Assembly (NCBI RefSeq): GCF_001194135.2
Contig: NC_069008.1
Span: forward strand, 16,206,359 to 16,270,358
Reading direction: 5' to 3'
Origin: Octopus bimaculoides
Lineage: Eukaryota
DNA: 64,000 nt
The notes under the pieces are model-generated. The model did not search any database. It worked only from the letters and a program-made list of their open reading frames with translations, and was not told the origin of the DNA. Shown here one piece after another: positions 37,321-49,363 of the stretch; the stretch's first letter is position 1; each line of letters begins with the position of its first letter. The position numbers and the translations under genes were made by a program.

Positions 37321-39516
37321 CTATTCTGTATGAATACGTATGTGTCTACTTAAGGAATTCTTTTCAGAGAATGATTTTCCACAGGTATCACAGTGAAATG
37401 GCTTCTCACCTGTATGAATATATTTGTGTTTAATTAAGTTACATTTTACAGAGAATGATTTACCACAGATATCACAGTGATGTGGTTTCTCTCCTGTATG
37501 AACACGTATGTGTCTACTTAAGGAATTCTTTTCAGAGAATGATTTTCCACAGGTATCACAGTGAAATGGCTTCTCACCTGTATGAATATNNNNNNNNNNN
37601 NNNNNNNNNNNNNNNNNNNNNNNNNNNNNNNNNNNNNNNNNNNNNNNNNNNNNNNNNNNNNNNNNNNNNNNNNNNNNNNNNNNNNNNNNNNNNNNNNNNN
37701 NNNNNNNNNNNNNNNNNNNNNNNNNNNNNNNNNNNNNNNNNNNNNNNNNNNNNNNNNNNNNNNNNNNNNNNNNNNNNNNNNNNNNNNNNNNNNNNNNNNN
37801 NNNNNNNNNNNNNNNNNNNNNNNNNNNNNNNNNNNNNNNNNNNNNNNNNNNNNNNNNNNNNNNNNNNNNNNNNNNNNNNNNNNNNNNNNNNNNNNNNNNN
37901 NNNNNNNNNNNNNNNNNNNNNNNNNNNNNNNNNNNNNNNNNNNNNNNNNNNNNNNNNNNNNNNNNNNNNNNNNNNNNNNNNNNNNNNNNNNNNNNNNNNN
38001 NNNNNNNNNNNNNNNNNNNNNNNNNNNNNNNNNNNNNNNNNNNNNNNNNNNNNNNNNNNNNNNNNNNNNNNNNNNNNNNNNNNNNNNNNNNNNNNNNNNN
38101 NNNNNNNNNNNNNNNNNNNNNNNNNNNNNNNNNNNNNNNNNNNNNNNNNNNNNNNNNNNNNNNNNNNNNNNNNNNNNNNNNNNNNNNNNNNNNNNNNNNN
38201 NNNNNNNNNNNNNNNNNNNNNNNNNNNNNNNNNNNNNNNNNNNNNNNNNNNNNNNNNNNNNNNNNNNNNNNNNNNNNNNNNNNNNNNNNNNNNNNNNNNN
38301 NNNNNNNNNNNNNNNNNNNNNNNNNNNNNNNNNNNNNNNNNNNNNNNNNNNNNNNNNNNNNNNNNAGAATGATTTACCACAGGTATCACATTTAAATCGC
38401 TCATCACCTGTATGAATATAAGTGTGTGCAAGTAAGTTACAGTTTGTAGAGAATGATTTACCACAGATACAATGATATGGTTTCTCTCCTGTATGAATAC
38501 GTATGTGTTTAGTTAACCTATTCTTTTCTGAGAATGATTTACCACAGGTATCACAGTGAAATGGCTTCTCACCTGTATGAACATACTTGTGTATAATTAA
38601 GCGACGTTTTGCAGAGAATGATTTACCACAGGTATCACATTGAAATGGCTTCTCACCTGTATGAACATATTTGTGTGTAAGAAAGCTACCCCTTCCGGAG
38701 AATGATTTACCACAGGTATCACAGTGAAATGGCTTCTCACCTGTATGAATATATTTGTGTGTAAATAAGCTACCGCTTCCGGAGAATGATTTACCACAGG
38801 TTTCACAGGAAAATGGCTTCTCACCTGTATGAATATATTTGTGTATAAGTAACTGACGTTTTGCAGAGAATGATTTACCACAGGTGTCACAGTGAAATGG
38901 CTTCTCACCTGTATGAATATATTTGTNNNNNNNNNNGTAACTGACGTTTTGCAGAGAATGATTTACCACAGGTGTCACAGTGAAATGGCTTCTCACCTGT
39001 ATGAATATATTTGTGTGTAATTAAGCTACCTTTTCCAGAGAACGATTTACCACAGATATCACAGTGATATGGTTTCTCTCCTGTATGAATACGTATGTGT
39101 CTACTTAAGGAATTCTTTTCAGAGAATGATTTTCCACAGGTATCACAGTGAAATGGCTTCTCACCTGTATGAATATATTTGTGTTTAATTAAGTTACATT
39201 TTAGAGAGAATGATTTACCACAGGTGTCACAGTGAAATGGCTTCTTTCCTGTATGAATACGTTTGTGTTTAGTTAAGTGATAGCTTTGCGAGAACGATTT
39301 ACCACAGATATCACAGTGATATGGTTTCTCTCCTGTATGAATACGTATGTGTTTACTGAAGGTACCGTTTTGAGAGAATGATTTACCACAGGTATCACAG
39401 TGAAATGGCTTCTCACCTGTATGAACACGAATGTGTTCAACTAAGATACTATTGTTAGAGCATGATTTACCGCAAATTTCACAACGATATTGTAATTTTC
39501 CTAATGCTTTTGACAT
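37321..39516 (-). CDS. Z6: long C2H2 zinc-finger gene (at least 16 fingers) split by gaps, ending at a TAG in the last linker
   Basis: ATG at 39516. Finger repeats continue across gaps 38927-38936 and 37590-38365. The frame ends HTE* at 37321-37323, followed by a dead, truncated finger and a SINE. Confidence 0.85.
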
Positions 39517-40029
39517 TTCTCTAATGGATAAACATATATCCAACCATTGAAATATTTAGAAATATTTCTACTGCTATTAAGTTATGGATATCCAAAATTG
39601 TGCAAACTGCTTTGTAAATATATTCAAGTTTAATTAGAATGCAAAAGCACCATGTGATAAGAGGGAGAAATGTTGCTATGAATCTCAGCTTAGGGAAAAT
39701 ATTTCACAGTAATTCAACCCTAGATTAATAGCAGTTTATATCTGTTCTTTAAAACATTTTCCTTTGGTCTTGAAAAAGATGGTAAATATTCCAGATGTAT
39801 CCAAACTTAAAAAAGTTGTTTCATGCCAAAGTCATCCGTTAATCTGAAATAATAAAGAAACAGTATTAGATATAGAGGAGAGATCAAAACGGAAATGTTT
39901 CAATATTTCTTTATTGATTAACAAATGATATCACATAACATTGGGTGAAATCTAACGATTTGTAAACCACAACTACACCTCCAACTTGTGTTTGTGTGTC
40001 CGTATCAACGTTCAGAAGAGCAGAGAAGA

Positions 40030-40615
40030 ATATACGGATCTATTTTAAAACGGGGTCCACATTTTTCATTAATGTTTTACGTAGTCTTTTTGGTACGGAA
40101 AGACTTTCAAACTTCGTATACTTATCTATTTTGTGTTATAGAACAGAAAAATATTTTTGTATTCAAATTTATTTCATGTAAAAAATTGTCTTATTTCGAT
40201 AATTTCAACCAATCACTGACAAGTATTCAGTTGTTTACATTTACTCCTTTGGCTGATTAAGCGATGTAAAGCGTATTTAATCTCCATACCTTCGTTTTAT
40301 TTGCTTTTTTCATTTTAAATTTGCTTTAACCCTAACCCTATGGTTAGGGTTAGGGTTAATTGTTTCAGAATCGTTTGTTTATGTAGTCGGCACTTAATGT
40401 ATATCGGCTGAATGGACGTCAGTGATTGGTTGAAATTACAGAAATACGACAACTTTAACATGGAATAACTTATGGATTTCTTTTTTTTTTTTAAGAAGAC
40501 TAAGAGAAAAAGATGTTTTATATGACACATTCTACCAGTGTTCCAAGTTTCAAAGTGTTTCGTTAATGAAAACTGGTGCCCCCGTTTTAAAAAAGATCCG
40601 AATATACTTTTCTCA
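40030..40615. mobile_element. Large imperfect inverted-repeat element centred on AACCCTAACCCTATGGTTAGGGTTAGGGTT
   Basis: About 40030-40230 is an imperfect inverted match to about 40410-40610. A half copy lies at about 43260-43545. Confidence 0.6.
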
Positions 40616-42093
40616 TAAAAAATATTACCATTCTTCTTTACCACCGGATCAGAAATGACCGAACATACTTAAGTTCAAAGACATTCCATCCATGACTCTT
40701 CCGTTCTTCCATCTGACATTATATATTCAGGATTACATCAGCAAGTACAGTCTTCAATTCTCAGGACCAGAAAATTTAAATTGAATAGAATTTAGTTGTT
40801 GTTACTAGCATAAGGTAGTGTCCATATTTTGATCAAACAAAAAGAAATACTGATGAACAAGTAACATTCAATTGAATGTTTTCTTTTGTATGTTTCAGGA
40901 ATTTCGCTGCACTCACGCTAGAGCACCCCATTAAGGGGTTTCAGTCGAAGAAATCAACCACAGGAATAATTCTGTATAAGCACACACACACGCACCGGCA
41001 ACAGCTGTAACGTGATTCCGGGGGAGGGCGGGGACAGACCCAGACACATTAACAGAAATACATATACGACAGGCTTCTTTCAGTTTCCATGTAACAAATC
41101 CACTCACAAGCCCTTGGTCGGCCGAAGGCTGTAGTAAAAGACACTTGCCTACGGGACCACGCGGTGGAATTGAATCTCGACGTATGTGGATGGGCTGCAA
41201 GCCATGTTGGAATCTATTGCGAGATAGGATATACATATATAAAAGCAGAAGAAATCTGGAAAATCCCTATCGTAATGGAGAAAATCCACCTTTTGCGGGC
41301 CATTTATCGGTACTACTAAAGCAGTGTGGTCCCGAACGCGCAGTCGCGCGTCCGGGCTAGCTAGTCGTGAGTGGTAGATCCTATCCCTAACCCTAAACAC
41401 GTATTCGTTTGCACACGCGCACCTTTTGTAGGATCGACCACTCTCGACTAGCTAGCGCGGACGGGACCACGCTGCTTTAGTAGTACCCTGGAATTAATGT
41501 CTCCCTGATATATTCACGCACCATATGGTTAAAGAGAAGAATTCTCACAGGTGCCGAACATGAAACGTGGACTTATAGAGACATGAACGACGTTAAAACG
41601 TGGTTGCAGTAATATGTACAAAAACAAAGCGAGTATTCGTCAAGGCAGTTGGTTCGAAAACAGGCATCTTACTTTCTTCAACATCATCCTTCTATCATAT
41701 TGCTAGGCCGACGACTTCTCTCTAAAAGACATTTCCGAAAGTAAAATAGGAAATTATCCCGTGTTGTCCTGGGTGTGTCATTCCATCTGTCCTTTGGTGA
41801 AACTTAGTCTACTTAGGAACATTCTGCTCAACATGGCTCACTGTAGCGTAGTGTTGTGTGCTCTGGAGTAAAGCAATCTGAATTAGATATGACCAGAGAA
41901 GCTAAATAGATGGGATGACAGCCCGGAAGACCACAGTCCCTCGGGACCCACAAAGTGTAAAGCGGGAACCTAGTCAGAGACAGGAAATGGGAACGAACAC
42001 TCAATACACGGTATAAGTATTCCCGGATTTCTGGAATCCAGATAAGAAGTCCGGCATGTACGATCAATCGATGGATATGTGTGTATGTCTTAC

Positions 42094-42201
42094 CTGTGAT
42101 TTAGTGTGAAAATATATTTACTCACCAAATGTCCGTGAAAACAGCAGAAGCACGTTATTGTTATTCGCCCGTGTCAAACAGATTCTAGCGGAAACGGAAG
42201 T
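42094..42201 (-). promoter_or_regulatory. Z6 promoter motif and putative exon 1
   Basis: CGGAAACGGAAGT at 42189-42201 and donor at 42094/42093. Acceptor at 39844/39843. Confidence 0.65.
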
Positions 42202-42965
42202 AAGTTATGTCATGTGAGAATGTGAAGCCATCGGTCTCTAGTAAATAAAACCAAAATGTTAAGATAAGGCGGTAAAAGAAATAATATTTCGATGCAAATC
42301 ACCATGGTTACTGTGGATAATATCTAACTATGATAAATGAATCTTCATTATTGTCAGCAACAGCCTTGTTCTAAAAGACATATTTTATACTTGTGGAGGC
42401 GCAATGGACCAGTGGTTAGGGCAGCGGACTCGCGGTTTCGATTCCCAGACCGGGCGTTGTGAGTGTTTATTGAGCGAAATCACCTAAAGCTCTACGAGGC
42501 TCCGGAAGTGGATGGTGGCGAACCCTGCTGTATTCTGTCACCACAACTTTCTCTCACTCTTACTTCCTGTTTCTGTAATTCAAAGGGTCAGCCTTGTCAC
42601 ACTGTGTCACGCTGAATATCCCCGAGAACTACGTTAAGGGTACACGTGTCTGTGGAGTGCTCAGCCACTTGCACGTTAATTTCACGAGCAGGCTGTTCCA
42701 GTTGATCGGATCAACTGGAACCCTCGACTCGTAAGCGACGGAGTGCCAACNNNNNNNNNNNNNNNNNNNNNNNNNNTGTGGTTACCATTGCTTAAGCCGG
42801 CGAGCTGTCAGAATCGTATGCTTAGTGGTATTTCGCCAGACTCTACAGCCTGACTTGCGATTCCTCGTCGGCCGACTTCACCTTTTATCCCTTCAGGGTC
42901 GATGAAATAAGTAATAACGGAACTCTGATATCGATGTAATCGACTCGTCCTCTCCTCACCAATCC

Positions 42966-43158
42966 GGTACTACTAAAGCAGCGCGGAACCGAACGCGCAA
43001 TCGCGCTAGCTAGTCGTGAGTGGTCGATCCTAACCCTAACCCTAAACACGTATTCATTTGCACACGCGGGTTAGGGTTAGGGATAGGATCGACCACTCAA
43101 GACTAGCTAGCGCGGACGCGCGACTGCGCGTTCGGGTCCGCGCTGCTTTAGTAGTACC
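42966..43158. mobile_element. Palindromic GC-rich MITE with central TTAGGG/CCCTAA tracts and an 8-bp flanking duplication
   Basis: GGTACTACTAAAGCAGCGCGG...CCGCGCTGCTTTAGTAGTACC. CACCAATC at 42957-42964 and 43159-43166. Copies at about 41310-41488 and 56838-56927. Confidence 0.85.
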
Positions 43159-44879
43159 CACCAATCGTTGCCCTTGTTGCAAGATTTAAAACCATTATGA
43201 TTAACATTACTAACCTTATATTCACTGTCACCAATCTGTTAATCCCACACTGAAATGTATTTAGGGTTAGGGTTACGCAGTCTAGTTAGGGTTAGGGGAT
43301 TAATACGATATACACCGTTACAGCGCTAACTGTTTTCAACTGAATAGACGTCAGTGATTAGTAGAAATTATCGAAATAAGACAATTTTTTACATGAAATA
43401 AATTCGAATACAAAAATATTTTTCTGTTCTATAACACAAAATAGATAAGTATACGAAGTTTGAAAGTCTTTCGGTACCAAAAACACTACATAAAACATAA
43501 ATGAAAACTGGTGCCCCCGTTTTGAAATAGATCCATGTGTACATTTTCATAAATGTTTCCACGGGGTCCGCGCAAAATTGAAGTTGTGCAAACAGCAAGC
43601 ACGTAGAAATATGTCGATAGAAGTGTCGAAAAGTGGTCACTCGTCCTGTTTGTATAAATCGAATGTAATCTTCCGAATTGAAGGTGTTTCTGAATGTTGG
43701 AATCTCTTAACTTACGTCACTGATGTCGTTGAAACGAAGGGAAAAAATCAGATTCTTAACGCCACTGCCAATTGTGCGTGTATTTAATTAGCAGAGCTAA
43801 GCTAATTAATTATGGGATCAGTCTGGTTAATAAACAAACATACGATCGAAATCCTTCTTTCAATATTACGTGATAGCAGGGGTATTTGGCTGCTATTTTA
43901 GCAGTTCCATTGACCATGCCAAGACTCCCTTCTTCATACGAAATTATTTAGCTGTGATTCTCTCCCCTACTCCGTTTTTTACGCTTATGGACTGCGTTCG
44001 ATTTCTGTTTTACTCGTAGGAACAACAACAGCCATTCTTTGATTAAAATATTATGTATTTATAATTCAATATTCTTTTCCATTCTAGGCACAAAACCTGA
44101 AATTCTTGTGGAGGTGGCCAGTCGATTAGATCGACTTCAGCATGCAACTGGTACTTAATTTATCGACCCCGAAGGGATGAAAGCACAGTTGACCTCGGCG
44201 GATTTTCAAGTCAGAACGTAAAGACGAAATACCAAGCATTTCGCCCGGTGTTCTCGCGCTCCTACAACCTCGCCGCCTTTTTTATAACCAAATTTTATTA
44301 GGGATTGTATATAAAAAAGAAAATTGCTAAAATAGTTTACAACTTGATCCGGAAATGAAAATCAGAAAAAAATAGTGCAATGTGTGGGAAAGGAAAAAAA
44401 AAAAATGCGAGCAAACAAAGGAAAGGACCTCGGAAAATTCACAACATCCTAGTTTTTCCCTCGTAACTTTTTTGGAAAATAGGTTTTTTTTCAATGATAT
44501 TTCATAGAAATACCTTTGAAACGGCATACAATATGATTATAAAGAAATTTGCTGGGAAAATATTTATATCTATACTGTTCAGTATCTTTGCGTTGAATAA
44601 GATTTATCTTTCTACTTGTTCTATAATATATATAATATTGCCTTATGACCCCAACCAGTCTAGTCTGCATTCATACTGTACAGTGATTACACTGTTTTCC
44701 CCTCAGTTCTAACACTTTCTTCCCAATCAGTCATAATAAGTATATTTATAATGAATTATAAATATATAGGTATACTCCGTACCCCCTACCAACTATATGA
44801 TTCTACACTAACTCAGGGTCCATCAGGAATAAAAAAACATTTTAATATGTTGGTTGTTATGAAATGCAATTCATTTTGA

Positions 44880-45060
44880 CAATGATATAGTAACACTTTT
44901 GTATAGATAGATATATATTTAATTGAGAGAATGATTTACTACAGAAATCGCAATGATATGGCTTGTCCCTTGTATGAATACATTTCTGATTAATGACAAT
45001 GTTATTATAACAGATATCACAGTGAAATGGATTCTCTCCCGGATTAATATTTGCATTTAG
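44880..45060 (-). pseudogene. Relic two-finger C2H2 gene R2, paralog of R1, interrupted 5' by a SINE
   Basis: PFHCDICYNNIVINQKCIH and PYHCDFCSKSFSQL are degenerate. Flanks match 14930-15330. Confidence 0.78.
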
Positions 45061-45061
45061 A

Positions 45062-45250
45062 TTCGTGCGGGTGACACGTAAAAGCACCCACTACACTCTC
45101 TGAGTGGTTGGCGTTAGGAAGGGCATCCAGCTGTAGAAACTCTGCCAAATTAGACTGGAGCCTGGTGTTGCCATCCGGTTTCACCAGTCCTCAGTCAAAT
45201 CGTCCAACCCATGCTAGCATGGAAAGCGGACGTTAAACGATGATGATGAT
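45062..45250 (+). mobile_element. Retroposon family D with (GAT)n tail, inserted into relic R2
   Basis: Ends CATGCTAGCATGGAAAGCGGACGTTAAACGATGATGATG. Copies at about 8530-8790(+) and 9245-9450(-). The paralogous R1 region lacks it. Confidence 0.8.
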
Positions 45251-45789
45251 TATGTTTCTGAGTGAAAGACTTTTTCCAGATATGCTAATTGTGCTTTCTC
45301 TTCCAACATGTCTTCTGTTGGCCATTATTTTACTTCAATCACCACAACATCTCTGGATACATTTCTGGTTTTTGTTCTACAGATTATTAAGGACATTTGC
45401 AGTTATGGTTCATGGCATTTGCATTCTTCTTCATTCAACCAAGTCTTTTATTACTTTTCATCACGAAAATCTTCAACTTGGTCATTTCCTTCATTTCTTT
45501 TCGTAACTTGTTAATAACCATTTTACCAGACATGCAAACAATTCTGCCACCTTGCTGTCTTATTATTTACTCACAATATTAAATATAGCAACAGTATCTT
45601 TCCTATATCCTTGGAGTATGTTATATGGAATAGATATAGAAGTATGTTTATACCTGAAACAGGTATGGTTGCGGACAAGGGTTCAATGATTATTGTTAAG
45701 GGCACAAAAGTTAAGCTATGATTTAGCAGGGAAAATGGTTTTAAAATATTGGTTCTTGGGTGTTCTAATAAATTTTGACAATAATATAA

Positions 45790-47142
45790 TCACACTTTTA
45801 CATGGATAGATGCATGTGTAGTAATGTTACGTTTCTGAGAGAATGATCTACTTGATCTCAGCTTTTCTCTTGTATGAATATGTTTGTGTCTAGTTAAGGT
45901 GCCTTTTATAGAGAATGTTTTTCCACAGGTATCACAATGAAATGGCTTCTCACCTGTATGAATATATTTGTGTGTAATTAAGCTATTTTTTGCAGAGAAT
46001 GATTTACCACAAATATCACAGTGATATGGCTTCTCTCCTGTATGAATACGTTTGTGACTACTTAAGTGATTCCTTTGAGAGAATGATTTACCACAGGTAT
46101 TACAGTGAAATGGCTTCTCACCTGTATGAACATATTTGTGTTTAATTAAGTTACATTTTACAGAGAATGATTTACCGCAGGTATCACAGCGAAATTGTTT
46201 CTCACCTGTATGAATATATTTGTGTCTAATTAAGCTACCTTTTGCAGAGAATGATTTACCACAGATATCACAGTGATGTGGTTTCTCTCTTGTATGAACA
46301 CGTATGTGTTTATTTAAGGAATTCTGTTCAGAGAATGATTTACCACAGGTATCACAGTGAAATGGCTTCTCACCTGTATGAATACGTATGTGTCTGTTAA
46401 AATTATTCTTTCTAGAGAATGATTTACCACAGGTATCACATTTAAATGGCTCATCACCTGTATGAATATAAGTGTGTGCAAGTAAGTTACAGTTTGTAGA
46501 GAATGATTTACCACAGATACAATGATATGGTTTCTCTCCTGTATGAATACGTATGTGTTTAGTTAACTTATTCTTTTCTGAGAATGATTTACCACAGGTA
46601 TCACAGTGAAATGGCTTCTCACCTGTATGAACATATTTGTGTATAATTAAGCGACGTTTTGAAGAGAATGATTTACCACAGGTATCACATTGAAATGGCT
46701 TCTCACCTGTATGAGTATATTTGTGTGTAAGTAAGCTACCCCTTCCGGAGAATGATTTACCACAGGTATCACAGTGAAATGGCTTCTCACCTGTATGAAT
46801 ATATTTGTGTGTAATTAAGCTATTCTTTTCAGAGAATGATTTACCACAGAAATCACAGTGATATGGTTTCTCTCCTGTATGAATATGTTTGTGTTTACTT
46901 AATTTATTCTTTTCACAGAATGATTTACCACAAATATCACAATGATATGGTTTCTCTCCTGTATGAATACTTAAGTGCTGACTTAAGCCATTCTTTTGAG
47001 AGAATGATTTACCACAGGTATCACAGCGAAATGGCTTCTCACCTGTATGAACACGAATGTGTTTAACCAAGTTACTACTTGTAGAGCTTGATTTACCACA
47101 AATTTTACAACAATATCGTAATTTTCCTAATGCTTTTGACAT
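45790..47142 (-). CDS. Z7: C2H2 zinc-finger protein, 15 fingers plus a Cys-less terminal remnant
   Basis: Intact ORF from ATG 47142. One finger is C-x1-C (YHCICGK). Ends [28 protein letters not shown]. Confidence 0.93.
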   Translation of the reverse strand: MSKALGKLRYCCKICGKSSSTSSNLVKHIRVHTGEKPFRCDTCGKSFSQKNGLSQHLSIHTGEKPYHCDICGKSFCEKNKLSKHKHIHTGEKPYHCDFCGKSFSEKNSLITHKYIHTGEKPFHCDTCGKSFSGRGSLLTHKYTHTGEKPFQCDTCGKSFSSKRRLIIHKYVHTGEKPFHCDTCGKSFSEKNKLTKHIRIHTGEKPYHCICGKSFSTNCNLLAHTYIHTGDEPFKCDTCGKSFSRKNNFNRHIRIHTGEKPFHCDTCGKSFSEQNSLNKHIRVHTREKPHHCDICGKSFSAKGSLIRHKYIHTGEKQFRCDTCGKSFSVKCNLIKHKYVHTGEKPFHCNTCGKSFSQRNHLSSHKRIHTGEKPYHCDICGKSFSAKNSLITHKYIHTGEKPFHCDTCGKTFSIKGTLTRHKHIHTREKLRSSRSFSQKRNITTHASIHVKV

Positions 47143-49259
47143 TTCTCTAAGGGATACAAATAAATCCAACCATTGAAGTTTCGAAATATTTCTGCTGCTA
47201 TCAAGTTATGGATATCTAAATTTGTGGAAATTGCTTTGCTAATATATTCAAGTTTAATTAGAATGCAAAAGCACCAGGTGTTATGAGGGAGAAATGTTGC
47301 TATGAATCTCAGCTTAGGGAAAATATTTCACAGTAATTCAACCCTAGATTTATAGCACTTTATATCTGTTCTCTAAAACATTTTCCTTTCATCTTCAAAA
47401 AACATGGTAAATATTCCAGATGTATCCAATGTACAAAATGTCGTTTTATACCAATGTCATCTGTTAATCTGAAATAATAAAGAAACAGCATTTAAATACA
47501 AAGGGGAGATCGATATGGAAATGTTATAACATATATTGATTAACAAATGATATCATGTAACATTGGTTGAAATCTGAAGGAGTAGAGACGGACTATATGT
47601 AATCTGAACCTTTACCCCCCCCCCTTATTTATTAATTTTTTAAATGGAATCCCACATTTTAGGCTATGGAGATTCCGATTCTGAAAAAAAAATTGTTTGA
47701 AAAATTTCAATCCCCTCCCCGCCAAGCAGGCTATTTACATGCTAGAAATAACAGCCAAATCTCACAAAACTAGTGTTAGGGTTAGGGTTAGAGTTAGGGT
47801 CAGGGTTAGGGTTAGGGTTTGAGTTAGGGTTAGGTTTACCCTGTGGATCTATANNNNNNNNNNNNNNNNNNNNNNNNNNNNNNNNNNNNNNNNNNNNNNN
47901 NNNNNNNNNNNNNNNNNNNNNNNNNNNNNNNNNNNNNNNNNNNNNNNNNNNNNNNNNNNNNNNNNNNNNNNNNNNNNNNNNNNNNNNNNNNNNNNNNNNN
48001 NNNNNNNNNNNNNNNNNNNNNNNNNNNNNNNNNNNNNNNNNNNNNNNNNNNNNNNNNNNNNNNNNNNNNNNNNNNNNNNNNNNNNNNNNNNNNNNNNNNN
48101 NNNNNNNNNNNNNNNNNNNNNNNNNNNNNNNNNNNNNNNNNNNNNNNNNNNNNNNNNNNNNNNNNNNNNNNNNNNNNNNNNNNNNNNNNNNNNNNNNNNN
48201 NNNNNNNNNNNNNNNNNNNNNNNNNNNNNNNNNNNNNNNNNNNNNNNNNNNNNNNNNNNNNNNNNNNNNNNNNNNNNNNNNNNNNNNNNNNNNNNNNNNN
48301 NNNNNNNNNNNNNNNNNNNNNNNNNNNNNNNNNNNNNNNNNNNNNNNNNNNNNNNNNNNNNNNNNNNNNNNNNNNNNNNNNNNNNNNNNNNNNNNNNNNN
48401 NNNNNNNNNNNNNNNNNNNNNNNNNNNNNNNNNNNNNNNNNNNNNNNNNNNNNNNNNNNNNNNNNNNNNNNNNNNNNNNNNNNNNNNNNNNNNNNNNNNN
48501 NNNNNNNNNNNNNNNNNNNNNNNNNNNNNNNNNNNNNNNNNNNNNNNNNNNNNNNNNNNNNNNNNNNNNNNNNNNNNNNNNNNNNNNNNNNNNNNNNNNN
48601 NNNNNNNNNNNNNNNNNNNNNNNNNNNNNNNNNNNNNNNNNNNNNNNNNNNNNNNNNNNNNNNNNNNNNNNNNNNNNNNNNNNNNNNNNNNNNNNNNNNN
48701 NNNNNNNNNNNNNNNNNNNNNNNNNNNNNNNNNNNNNNNNNNNNNNNNNNNNNNNNNNNNNNNNNNNNNNNNNNNNNNNNNNNNNNNNNNNNNNNNNNNN
48801 NNNNNNNNNACATTAGGTTAGCACAATTTTGTGTGATTTGGCTGTTATTTCTAGCATGTGGCTAACCTGCTTGAAAGCCTGAGGTATAAATACTGTTTTT
48901 TAAATATTTTTTTTTTTTGAAAAATTGAAATTTTACAAATTTCTCTCAAAATCGTAATCTTCGTATTTTTCTACGTATTTCACACACACACACACAAAAG
49001 AGAAATTTCTAGAAAAAGTGAAAAATAAATGGTATTCTTTTGATATGAATTAGATATGACCAGAGAAGCTAAAGACAGCACGGAAGGTCACAGTCCTTCG
49101 GGACCCACAAAGTGTAAAGATGAAAACCTGGACATCTTGAGAGACAGGAAGGGCGGAACCGAATACTCAATACACGGTATAAGTATTCCCGGATTTCTGG
49201 AAACCAGATAAGAGATCCGGCATGTACGATCAATCGATAGATAGGTGTGTATATCTTAC

Positions 49260-49363
49260 CTGTTATGCTATACAAATCGATATTTAGTGTGAAGATATAT
49301 TCAATCACACCAAAACCTCCGTGGAAACATACAAGTCAAAGAGATTGTAAGGGTAACGGAAGT
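49260..49363 (-). promoter_or_regulatory. Z7 promoter motif (single ETS core) and putative exon 1
   Basis: GGGTAACGGAAGT at 49351-49363 and donor at 49260/49259. Acceptor at 47469/47468. Confidence 0.6.

Noticed and set aside
45790-47142. CRISPR-like periodic array
   Set aside because: The 84-bp period is the coding finger repeat in a eukaryotic gene. There are no spacers or cas genes.
47773-47836. True telomere or chromosome fusion site
   Set aside because: The tract is short, degenerate and embedded in a repeated MITE.
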